Assembly (NCBI GenBank): GCA_045106415.1
Contig: JBGCEP010000027.1
Location: 89,553-153,552, forward strand
From: Oligoflexales bacterium
GTDB taxonomy: Bacteria; Bdellovibrionota_B; Oligoflexia; Oligoflexales; Bog-1112
Direction of reading: 5' to 3'
DNA: 64,000 nt
The position numbers and the translations under genes were made by a program. Positions 39,859 through 49,213 of this stretch are shown here, piece by piece. The notes under the pieces were generated by a model. That model was not told the origin of the DNA. It saw nothing but the letters and a program-made list of their open reading frames with translations, and searched no databases. Position 1 is the stretch's first letter. Each line of letters starts with the position of its first letter.

Positions 39859-42156
39859 ATGCTTGATACAGAATCCATAGAGCAAATTTTTCAAGAAGCA
39901 AATAAACTTATTTTTGTGCAACAATATCAACATGCGTTTGAAATTCTTGAAAAACTAACGAAAGCGCCTGATTCTTGTCATAATCTTCTCTATCACTTAC
40001 GCAAAATTGAATTAGCGACACGATTAGAGAAATTACCTGACCTTCATCACGAATATCTCAAAGCAGATTATTTACCTGCAGAAACTCGTGAGCTCAGCCT
40101 CATCTTTGTTGAACAATACCAAGAGACTCTTTCCCCTTCAGAAAGCCTTCTAGCCTTTAAAGAAGCTATTCAAAAATATGGTGAGTCAGCCGCGAGTTCA
40201 TTTGGTATGGGTTTTTGCTTAGAATGCCAAGGTAACTCAGAAAGAGCTATCTATAACTACGAACAAAGCCTTCGCATTGATCCTGATTGGTACCCTTCAT
40301 ACTTTGGGCTTAGTCAACTTTACTATGCTTCAAGCGCAGAAACACAAGGCGATCATTACTTCTACCTTTTTGAACAATACGCTCCTTATAACCTCTACGG
40401 AAACTTTGAAACTCATAAACGTCTTAGTGACGAATACCTTGATAAACAGCAATTTGACGATGCTATTACAGCAATCCGCACTCTTAGGCAGTGGTGGGTT
40501 GAAAACAAAGGATTTGCACCCGATGAAATTCAAATCTACGAAGATCTATCTCTATCACTCATTTACCATATAAGAAAAAATTCCCACGAAGCGCTCGTTC
40601 GCCGAAAAAGTGCTGAAGAACAGGCGAAAAACCTTCTAACATCTCATGACACAACACCACAGGTTCTCTATTTTGTTGCTCGAGCTATGGAAGAATTTAA
40701 TAATCATGATACAGCCCTTATTTATTACCAAGCTATTGTTGAAAAGCCAAACGCAGAAGCAAATCTCATACAAAAAATAAGTAGCCATATTTTATCTATG
40801 GGTGAACAAACCCTTGCTATACAACTTTTAGAAAAAGCTTATCAAACTCAACCTGACAATGAAGAAATTCGTTTCTTTCTTCTTGTTGGCAGACTCAAAG
40901 CAGAAAATGTTAACCTTGAAGAATATCTTATGGATCATCAAAGATTACGAGATATTTCAAAAAACTCTGGTGGTCGAGTGGAAACATTAGCCCTTCTCCA
41001 CAGCATGCTTTCTCGAACAGACAAAGATCCTGATGTCCACAAGTACCTTGGTGAAACCTATACGAAATTAAACAACCCTGAAAAAGCATGTGAACATTAT
41101 GAAAAAATGTATCATTTAGACAAAGCTTCAACTCATACAACCTTAAAATTCGCATGGTTTCTAGCAACTCAAGGGCAAACAGAAAGAGCCGAAAAACTTA
41201 TAGAAAAAATCCAAATCGAGCCAAATGAAGATACACACTCATATACAGAAAACCTCTCATTAAAAGCCTCTATTTATGCTCTAACAGGAAACTTTGATTC
41301 CGCACATAAACTTCTACAAAACCTACAACAAAAAGATCCGTGGCACCTTCAAAACTTATTAGATACGACGTCTTGTATTCATCACATGAAGGATGCCCCA
41401 ATTGACAAGACTCTTAAAAATTTAATTAATGCCACTAACACCCCTCCAAACTGGGTTCAATATCACAAAAAAACAGATGCTTTGATCGAAAAACATGAAT
41501 ATGAGCTTGTCTACCTTAGGGAAAAAGTCGCATTTCTTTATAACGACGGTGAACCAGAGTTTTTAGAAAGATTCTTTCAAGCTGCGACATCATTCGATAG
41601 CCTTCAAGCTGCTTTTGAACTTTTGAAATTACTAAATACAAACTTTGATAATTATCTTATTTACCACACACTCGGGCTTCTCTATAAAGACCTATGGCAA
41701 CTCGAAACAGCGTGTGCATGGTTTGATATGGCAATGCGAGTTGCCCCTTCTCAAGCCAACACAGCTTCATCACAGCTTGAATTCGCAGATTGTTTAATAT
41801 GGCGAGGAGAACAACTTGAGAAGGCTTGTCACCTTACGCAAAACATCATCGAAAAAAATCACTATTCAGCTATCAATCACACTCACCTTAGCCCAGCAAC
41901 AATTCTAGCTCATGCTTCCCTTAAAAAAGGTTCACCACAAGAAGCCTATCAATGGATCCAACAAACACACCACAGATCTATTGAAAACACATATATCGAA
42001 GGCTTAATTTGTTACCGTAATGGTGATTTAACGGAAGCCAAAGCTCTGTGGAAACCATTATTATCAACACCTGCTGTCAGTCGAAGAGATCACCATATTA
42101 AACAAGAGCTCATTCGATACTACTATGAGGGGTCTTCATATCCTCAGGCTTCATAA
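39859..42156 (+). CDS. Large TPR-repeat protein
   Basis: Multiple TPR-like repeats (AIYNYEQSLRIDPDWYPSYFGLS; VHKYLGETYTKLNNPEKACEHYEK). Confidence 0.8.
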   Translation: MLDTESIEQIFQEANKLIFVQQYQHAFEILEKLTKAPDSCHNLLYHLRKIELATRLEKLPDLHHEYLKADYLPAETRELSLIFVEQYQETLSPSESLLAFKEAIQKYGESAASSFGMGFCLECQGNSERAIYNYEQSLRIDPDWYPSYFGLSQLYYASSAETQGDHYFYLFEQYAPYNLYGNFETHKRLSDEYLDKQQFDDAITAIRTLRQWWVENKGFAPDEIQIYEDLSLSLIYHIRKNSHEALVRRKSAEEQAKNLLTSHDTTPQVLYFVARAMEEFNNHDTALIYYQAIVEKPNAEANLIQKISSHILSMGEQTLAIQLLEKAYQTQPDNEEIRFFLLVGRLKAENVNLEEYLMDHQRLRDISKNSGGRVETLALLHSMLSRTDKDPDVHKYLGETYTKLNNPEKACEHYEKMYHLDKASTHTTLKFAWFLATQGQTERAEKLIEKIQIEPNEDTHSYTENLSLKASIYALTGNFDSAHKLLQNLQQKDPWHLQNLLDTTSCIHHMKDAPIDKTLKNLINATNTPPNWVQYHKKTDALIEKHEYELVYLREKVAFLYNDGEPEFLERFFQAATSFDSLQAAFELLKLLNTNFDNYLIYHTLGLLYKDLWQLETACAWFDMAMRVAPSQANTASSQLEFADCLIWRGEQLEKACHLTQNIIEKNHYSAINHTHLSPATILAHASLKKGSPQEAYQWIQQTHHRSIENTYIEGLICYRNGDLTEAKALWKPLLSTPAVSRRDHHIKQELIRYYYEGSSYPQAS

Positions 42157-42179
42157 ATCATAACTCCATACGATGGAGT

Positions 42180-43379
42180 CTATACCTTTAACGCAGCCTT
42201 TTTCATACAATCAACACCTTTGCGCAATTGCTGCTCACTCAAATAAGGAGCAGGTCCAAGCCTTAAATAATCACCTCGATAATCTGTAAAAATATATTCT
42301 TTCTTCAATTGGCTAGATATTTCTTTGGCATATGGAGTTTTAAAAGATAAGAAACCACCAACACCCTCAAGTTTCTCATCAAAAGAGAGAACCTTAGAAG
42401 AAAAGTTAGAAGTATAGAATTCTTCCAACATAGTTTTTTTCTGCCACATATTAACTTGCGATAGTAGTGCTGGTGACAATGAGTGTTCTATAAAAAAATC
42501 AAAAACAGATTTTGCTCTATAGTGACTCGTCACATCATATGTGGAACCATCAAAACGCGATGCGCCCTCTGGGTAAAAGACAGGTTCACCCTCCTTTCTT
42601 GACTGACCTATTCTTGATATTTCAGAGAACCAACCAGTCAATAAAGGCTTCTTATCACAAGAGGAAGGTCTCCTTAAAAAACAATTGCCCTCCCCTAGTT
42701 GAAGATATTTATAACCTCCTCCCAAAAGATAAGCATGTTGAAGACCTTCTTTTTTTAAATCAAAATCAATCACATTCAAAGCGTGATAAATATCCACAAC
42801 AAGATCAGCTTGTTTTTTCAGGCAGCGATCTGCGACTTCATCCATGCGCTGAATTACACGACCACTTTCAAATAAAACTTTAGAAAGAAGTACAATCGAT
42901 GTTTGGCTATCAATAGCTTCTAAAAACCGTTCAACAAAAGATGAAAATGGATCAATAGGAATCCAATGAATATCAACTCCAACTTCAGACAGACGATTTA
43001 ACTGTCTTCTCGCAGAATGAAATTCTCCCCCTGTTGTTATAATTTTTAGCTTCTGAGAATCACGTGAATAACAAGATAAAAGTCGACACAATAAATGATG
43101 TACACTCTCCCCTAAAGTATAAAGACCTTCTTTATCATTTATCAGTTGTGCGAATTTTTTTTTAACCTCATCTGCTATTTGAAAAGCTTTTTCCCATTTT
43201 TCATCTTTCAAACAAGCAGCGTCATTCCAAGCCTCAATTTGACCTCTAAGAGAGCAGTCAGGCCAAGCCTGATGAGAATGCCCTGTCAACAAGATATTTT
43301 TTGACACATAAAACTTTGAATAAAATTTCGCAATAGGGTTATCTGGCTTCTGGAAATCAGATAAATTTAATAAAGCCAT
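42180..43379 (-). CDS. kynU: Kynureninase-like PLP-dependent enzyme
   Basis: LTGHSHQAWPD, VDIYH, GGGYKYL (PLP Lys), TGWF, DYRGDYLRLGPAPY. Confidence 0.75.
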   Translation of the reverse strand: MALLNLSDFQKPDNPIAKFYSKFYVSKNILLTGHSHQAWPDCSLRGQIEAWNDAACLKDEKWEKAFQIADEVKKKFAQLINDKEGLYTLGESVHHLLCRLLSCYSRDSQKLKIITTGGEFHSARRQLNRLSEVGVDIHWIPIDPFSSFVERFLEAIDSQTSIVLLSKVLFESGRVIQRMDEVADRCLKKQADLVVDIYHALNVIDFDLKKEGLQHAYLLGGGYKYLQLGEGNCFLRRPSSCDKKPLLTGWFSEISRIGQSRKEGEPVFYPEGASRFDGSTYDVTSHYRAKSVFDFFIEHSLSPALLSQVNMWQKKTMLEEFYTSNFSSKVLSFDEKLEGVGGFLSFKTPYAKEISSQLKKEYIFTDYRGDYLRLGPAPYLSEQQLRKGVDCMKKAALKV

Positions 43380-43491
43380 AACAGACCTTTCAAGTAGAGT
43401 GTGTCACTGTATTTTTCTTCAATGTGACAAATAACATTATACATTGATATGATTTGATTTCTCAGTGGATTTGATCAAAAAAGAGGAAAGT

Positions 43492-44430
43492 ATGCGTATC
43501 GGTTACTTTGCTGACGGTTATTGGGGCCTTCCAACTCTGCATAAACTCATTGCAAATAAAAATATTCACATTGTGTTTTTAGCGTCCAGATACCATGGAT
43601 CCAACTACCTTCTAGATCCAATTGCAGAAAAAGCACAAATTCCTATTCTCAGACTTGAAGATATCAATTCAAAAAAGAGCCTTTCTATATTCGCTAAATA
43701 CCAACCCGATGTGTTGCTTTCCATGTCATTTCTGGATAAATTTCATCAAAACCTCCTCACCCTAGCCCCTTTCGGGTCATACAATGCTCACGCAAGCCTT
43801 CTCCCTGAGTACCGCGGTAGAAACTGTATTAACTGGGCTATCATAAAAGGTGAGGTCACTACAGGTGTTACAATTCATAAAATGGACCTAAACTACGACA
43901 CAGGCCCTATTGCTTATCAAAAATCTTTAATGATTGATCAAAATGAACATTTTGCTTCGATTCTCAAACGCATGGGAGAACTCTGTGCAAATGCTATAGA
44001 ATCATGGTTACAAAAAGACCAGTTTATAAAACCTCTCATTGCTCAATCAACACATTTAAAAACAGATTACCGTAAAAGAGGACCTGGGGACGAGTGGGTT
44101 GACTGGAATCAAAATGCAAAAAGCATCCACAATTTTATACGAGGGATCTCTGATCCCGGTCCATATGCACACACTCATATTAAAAATGATATCTATATAA
44201 TTAAAGATTCAAGGTGGGTATCAAGTGATGAATATAAAAATCAACTGCATGAAAACAACCATATATCGGCTCTCCCCGGTGAGATTATATCAGCTCACGA
44301 CAATCATCTTTGGGTTCAAACACAGCAAGACATCTTAAAAATAAGGAAAATAGCACTCAATGACAAAAAGACTGAGAACTCATCTCTCAGTCTTTCAAAT
44401 ATATTGGGGTCACGATTTGAAAACCATTAA
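43492..44430 (+). CDS. N10-formyl-THF-dependent formyltransferase (Fmt/ArnA-like)
   Basis: NAHASLLPEYRG, GVTIHKMD..YDTGPI; lacks the FMGTP motif typical of Fmt. Confidence 0.85.
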   Translation: MRIGYFADGYWGLPTLHKLIANKNIHIVFLASRYHGSNYLLDPIAEKAQIPILRLEDINSKKSLSIFAKYQPDVLLSMSFLDKFHQNLLTLAPFGSYNAHASLLPEYRGRNCINWAIIKGEVTTGVTIHKMDLNYDTGPIAYQKSLMIDQNEHFASILKRMGELCANAIESWLQKDQFIKPLIAQSTHLKTDYRKRGPGDEWVDWNQNAKSIHNFIRGISDPGPYAHTHIKNDIYIIKDSRWVSSDEYKNQLHENNHISALPGEIISAHDNHLWVQTQQDILKIRKIALNDKKTENSSLSLSNILGSRFENH

Positions 44431-44459
44431 TCAAAGCACGTCTCCACGCGCATGATCGC

Positions 44460-46376
44460 TTATTGCACTCGCGCTATATAACGTTCAATAACTTTGTCCA
44501 TCAAAATTAGAGGTATGTTGCCAGCTTTTAAAACTTCATTATGAAAGTTTTTCACATCATAACGAAGTTTTAAAGAATTTTTCATTTTTTCTCTTAAACC
44601 AAGCAAATGAATTTGCCCAATTTTATAAGAACAGGCTTGTGCAGGCATGACGAAATATCGCTCAATTTCTGTTGCTACTGTAGAATGCGGATACCCTGTC
44701 ATATCCATCATGACTTCAATGGCATACTCTCGACTCCATTTCTTTGAGTGAATTCCTGTATCAACAACTAAACGCACAGCTCTTAAAAGCTCATCTTGGA
44801 AATGACCAATCTTATCAAAGTTTGTTGAATAAAAATCAGATTCATATGCAAATTTTTCAGCATATAAAGCCCAACCTTCACAAGTTGCGTTCACATTTAG
44901 AATTTTTCTTAGCACATGCATTTTCGTTTCACTCTGTATTGTCATTTGAAAATGATGCCCAGGCTCTGCTTCATGAATACAAAGAGTTTCCATACCAAAC
45001 TTCGGGACTTCTTTCATATCTCTCAGGTTTGCATAAAAAACCCCTGGACGAGAACCATCTAAACTTGGTGGGTAATAATAAGCACCTGGCATCCCTTCTT
45101 CCAAATGCTCAGGGACCGCTTCTATTTCCACACCTGATTCAGGCTTCAAGTCAAAAAATTTTCCTAAATCACGACGAGATCGTTTTAAAATATCACGATA
45201 CCTTTGAAGACAAATCTGTCGATCTTCATCAGTATTTTCAAAAAGAAAAAAAGAATCCTTGCCCAGTTCTTGTAAGAGTTCTCCAACTGTTTTAGAAACA
45301 TCATTTCTATTTTCTTGAATAAAAATATTTCTGACTTTTTCATGGATTTTTTTAACTTCAACTAAACCAATCTCATGAATTTCATCTGCAGTCAGATCAG
45401 TTGTTGTTTCTTCTTTTAATAACAAACGATAATAATCAGCACCAGAAGGCAAAGACCAAACGCCTCTGTTTTCAACAACATCTAAATGTTCATAATAATC
45501 TTTTAAGCGTACATATGCAGGCTGCACTGTCTTTTCCAATAAATCCTTCACCTGAGTTAAAAACTCATCTCCATCGTCAACAGGATGGTTGATAAAAAAA
45601 CTCTCAACATATTTAAAAAACATATGTTCAGAAACATTTTCTTCTATGTGATCAGATATGATTTGTAGACATTTATCAATTGCAAATTTCGGAGGCATAA
45701 TTCCTAAAGACCGAGATTCCTCCTGAGTTCTTATAATTTGACTCAAAACCTCAGGGATCGAAGCAAGCCTTTTTATATAAAGCTTTACATCTCTCACTTT
45801 TTCTAATGTATGCATTTGTGTAAATGTTTGATCTAAATCTGATAGCACACCAAACATTTGGTTCATAAAGTATGTATGAAAAATAAAATCTTTCTTTTCT
45901 ACATTTCGTTCCACCATCCATTTCACAAAATGAAAAGAGACCCACTCTGAATCACTTAAAACCGAATCATCAAATTGATCTAACAGTGCCAAATGCTTTT
46001 CTGCTTGTTTTTGTTTAAGTCTCAAAGACTCTGGAGACCTCTGGCTCAAATAAGAATTATGAGAATAAACACCTAAACTCTCAAAAAGACCTAATGTCGT
46101 TAAAAGCTCAGGATCACCAGAAACGTAATCAATAAAAATACGATCAAAAAGAGAGTCAACTGTCGTCGGAACTTCTTGTTGCCAATCAAAAACATCCGGA
46201 TGCCTCACCTCTTGCCGAGCCTTCTTAACTAACTCCTCTGCTTTATCTTTGTTGCCTTTTGAAACTTGTAGGAGTGCTTCCCAGTAAAAGTGAGGGTTTT
46301 TCTCTCCATCAAATACACCAGCATAAAGAGTTGACGACAACACCATAAATACTCCGACACATGAAATCCACTTCAT
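44460..46376 (-). CDS. DUF885-family exported protein (putative metallopeptidase)
   Basis: Signal peptide, HEAEPGHHFQ, EGWALYAE, RAVRLVVDTGIH, PAQACSYKIG. Confidence 0.9.
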   Translation of the reverse strand: MKWISCVGVFMVLSSTLYAGVFDGEKNPHFYWEALLQVSKGNKDKAEELVKKARQEVRHPDVFDWQQEVPTTVDSLFDRIFIDYVSGDPELLTTLGLFESLGVYSHNSYLSQRSPESLRLKQKQAEKHLALLDQFDDSVLSDSEWVSFHFVKWMVERNVEKKDFIFHTYFMNQMFGVLSDLDQTFTQMHTLEKVRDVKLYIKRLASIPEVLSQIIRTQEESRSLGIMPPKFAIDKCLQIISDHIEENVSEHMFFKYVESFFINHPVDDGDEFLTQVKDLLEKTVQPAYVRLKDYYEHLDVVENRGVWSLPSGADYYRLLLKEETTTDLTADEIHEIGLVEVKKIHEKVRNIFIQENRNDVSKTVGELLQELGKDSFFLFENTDEDRQICLQRYRDILKRSRRDLGKFFDLKPESGVEIEAVPEHLEEGMPGAYYYPPSLDGSRPGVFYANLRDMKEVPKFGMETLCIHEAEPGHHFQMTIQSETKMHVLRKILNVNATCEGWALYAEKFAYESDFYSTNFDKIGHFQDELLRAVRLVVDTGIHSKKWSREYAIEVMMDMTGYPHSTVATEIERYFVMPAQACSYKIGQIHLLGLREKMKNSLKLRYDVKNFHNEVLKAGNIPLILMDKVIERYIARVQ

Positions 46377-46603
46377 AAAACTCTCTTCTTTAAATATTCT
46401 TCAAGTACACACTTAACTCAGTCAATCATGACTCCTCAGTAAGAAGCTATAGTTAATTTAAGTCTGAATAAATCAGCTCTTTTTCTCAAAATGATTTTTA
46501 CAATCAAATACTCTCATTTGTACACCCCACCCAAAGTATAGCGTAAGCAATTGATTTTAAATGAGATTTTCAACTAAAACCATCAGAGAAACACAAAAAT
46601 ATA

Positions 46604-46632
46604 TTGCATTTTAATTTCCATTATGCCATAGT
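46604..46632 (+). promoter_or_regulatory. Sigma70-type promoter of the DEAD-box helicase gene
   Basis: TTGCAT-N17-CATAGT with extended TG and a GC-rich discriminator. Confidence 0.5.
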
Positions 46633-46859
46633 GCGCCATCTGATGCGGACTCACCTCGTCAGCCACAACCAAGATCTGCGCGACTCTGTAGCCAACCTGA
46701 TTAAAAGGCACGATCCCCTGACTCCTTGTTCGAACCCGTGGTTGATATATATGAATCCCTAGCGAATATTCGCTCTATGAAAAAGCCACATGTGTGGCAA
46801 AGTCTATGGTCATCCTGAGGTGACGGTAGACTCACTCGTCCTCTATGAAGGAGATCCTG

Positions 46860-48524
46860 ATGGATACCAAAACCCCCGAAGACCAAGTTACAGACGTTGC
46901 AACAGAAACAACTCCTGCTGAAGTCACTTCTAAAGAAACGACTCCTACTGAAGCAGCTCCTGCTGTTGAACCAGAAGTTACAGTGACTTTTGAAGACTTA
47001 AAACTCCGCAGTGACCTTATAGCAAGCATTAAAGCAGCTGGTTTTACGTCTCCACGACCCATCCAAGCGAAAGCTGTGCCACTAGCTCTTGAAGGCCGTG
47101 ACCTTATCGGACGCGCACAAACAGGAAGTGGCAAAACAGCAGCTTTTGTTCTACCTGCAATCCACAATATGTCTCAAAAACCAAAAGTAAGCACATTAGT
47201 TCTTGTTCCTACAAGAGAACTCGCAGAACAAGTTGTTCAAGAGTTCACACGATTCGGTGCTCCTTTAGGTCTACGCGTTGTGAGTATCGTTGGTGGGCAA
47301 CCAGGCATGCGTCAAGTTGAACTTGTCAATCGCGGAGTGCATATTGCTGTAGCAACTCCAGGCCGTATGCTTGACCATATTTCTTCTGGGCGCCTACGTA
47401 ACTTCACACCGAACATGGTTGTTCTTGATGAAGCTGATGAAATGCTTGATATGGGATTCATTGATGACATCCGCAGTATTCTTTCAACTCTCCCTGCTGA
47501 GCGTCAAACAATGTTGTTTTCAGCAACCATGCCATCTGCGATTGCAAACCTTGCACGCGAACAGCTTAAAAACCCAATTGAAGTTTCATGCTTAAACAGC
47601 GGTGAAAGACACGCAAATATTGAACAAGTTCTTCATGTCATGCTTGGCCGTCAACGCGAACAAGCTCTTCTAAGAGTCATCGCACACGAACAACCTGAAA
47701 AAGCTATTATTTTCTGTAGAACTCGCCGCGATGCTGACGAACTGAACGAGCGTCTTAATTCACAACAAATGCGCTCACAGGTTCTTCACGGAGATCTAAG
47801 CCAAGCGACTCGAAACCAAGCGATTCGCTCTATACGTGAAGGTCGCACTCGCTACCTTATCGCAACTGACGTAGCTTCACGTGGCCTTGATATTCCTAAT
47901 ATTTCTCACGTTTTCAACTTCCATATCCCTGAAAACGAAGAGCGTTATACTCACCGTATCGGCCGAACAGGTCGTGGCGGTGCACACGGACGTGCAATTA
48001 CACTTATTACACCTCCAGAACTTCGTAGCAGCTACTACCTCAAAAAAGGAATTGGAAAAAATATCCAACTTGCCCCAATTCCTCAAAAAGACGCTGTCGA
48101 GCAAAAACAACGTCAAAGCTTGTGGAACCAAATTCTTGAAACAGAAGTTCACGAAAACGCAGCTGAGTTCTTAAAACAACAAAGCCCATCCGACTTAGAA
48201 GCACTAGCAACAAAAATGCTTACAATTCTTAGTCAGCAAATCCGTGTCCCTGGACCACAAGAAGTCGGCATCCCGGCAGAAGAGCTCACTCAAATCGCAC
48301 AAGGTGGCGGTGGTCATAGCCGCTCAAGACAACACCGCAGCGGCCAAAGACCTTTCTCATCATCAAGCCGTCGACCACGTCACGGACAAAGTGGTGGGCA
48401 AGGTGGCGGTAGCTACGGAAGACCATCTCGCGGTGGACCACGAAGTGGTGGTAGCTACGGACAATCTTCGTCATCATCATCTCACTCACGCCCAAGAAAG
48501 CCACGCGCTGCAAGCAGCCGATAA
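46860..48524 (+). CDS. DEAD-box RNA helicase (DeaD/CshA-like)
   Basis: AQTGSGKT, PTRELA, TPGR, DEAD, SAT, HRIGRTGR and an R/S/G-rich tail. AAGGAG RBS before ATG 46860. Confidence 0.95.
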   Translation: MDTKTPEDQVTDVATETTPAEVTSKETTPTEAAPAVEPEVTVTFEDLKLRSDLIASIKAAGFTSPRPIQAKAVPLALEGRDLIGRAQTGSGKTAAFVLPAIHNMSQKPKVSTLVLVPTRELAEQVVQEFTRFGAPLGLRVVSIVGGQPGMRQVELVNRGVHIAVATPGRMLDHISSGRLRNFTPNMVVLDEADEMLDMGFIDDIRSILSTLPAERQTMLFSATMPSAIANLAREQLKNPIEVSCLNSGERHANIEQVLHVMLGRQREQALLRVIAHEQPEKAIIFCRTRRDADELNERLNSQQMRSQVLHGDLSQATRNQAIRSIREGRTRYLIATDVASRGLDIPNISHVFNFHIPENEERYTHRIGRTGRGGAHGRAITLITPPELRSSYYLKKGIGKNIQLAPIPQKDAVEQKQRQSLWNQILETEVHENAAEFLKQQSPSDLEALATKMLTILSQQIRVPGPQEVGIPAEELTQIAQGGGGHSRSRQHRSGQRPFSSSSRRPRHGQSGGQGGGSYGRPSRGGPRSGGSYGQSSSSSSHSRPRKPRAASSR

Positions 48525-48540
48525 GTTTTCTACTCTCATT

Positions 48541-48580
48541 AAAAAGACGACCTAAATTATAATTAGGTCGTCTTTTTTTT
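48541..48580 (+). terminator. Intrinsic terminator after the DEAD-box helicase
   Basis: AAAAAGACGACCTAA / TTAGGTCGTCTTTTTTTT. Confidence 0.9.
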
Positions 48581-48856
48581 GCGAAAAAACAATGAAAACG
48601 ATTCTATACAACGGGCTCATCAACAAAATCTGCAATGTACATAAAAAAAACATTTCACGGTTTACAGCACAATGATTTGAATTTTCTTTGTTGACAACTT
48701 CAAACAATTATGGACAATGGTTTTGAGCTTAGATGCACATTTCAACTAGAAGTCGCTTCTCCACGTAAATGGGTGATACCTGAAGCCAGGTCATCTTTTT
48801 AAGTTGAGAAAAAAGACATTGGAAAATCTCTGCTTCCGCACATGAAGGGAACCATT

Positions 48857-49135
48857 ATGGTAACGAGTTCTAAGGAAAGCAGTCTTCGTTCAACGAAGAC
48901 TCCAGATGCTCTATCAACCCCAGCCACATCATGCACAAATTGCCTACAGAAAAATCCGTCAAGAAGAAGGCACTTTAGTGAGCAAGCTTGGGCAGCACTT
49001 CTCGCATGGAGTGAAGTCTCAGTCTCATCTGTAAAACAACCGATCTGTGAGCACTGTTATGAGGAGATGCGTGAGGTCTTAATCGATCGAATTGATGAAG
49101 TCGACGCCATCCAAACGGGACAACAAGCCTCTTAG
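48857..49135 (+). CDS. Small putative zinc-binding protein
   Basis: CTNC...CEHC pairs; AAGGGA RBS. Confidence 0.7.
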   Translation: MVTSSKESSLRSTKTPDALSTPATSCTNCLQKNPSRRRHFSEQAWAALLAWSEVSVSSVKQPICEHCYEEMREVLIDRIDEVDAIQTGQQAS

Positions 49136-49213
49136 GTGATATTTACCCATCGAGAATGCGCGCAAACCTCCGATCCTAGACTTGTATGAGTCGCATGGAA
49201 TGGAGAAAGCAGT

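Noticed and set aside
43402..43429. TGTCAC-N16-GTGACA between divergent kynU and formyltransferase genes
   Set aside because: Only 6-bp arms and a single occurrence; could be chance.
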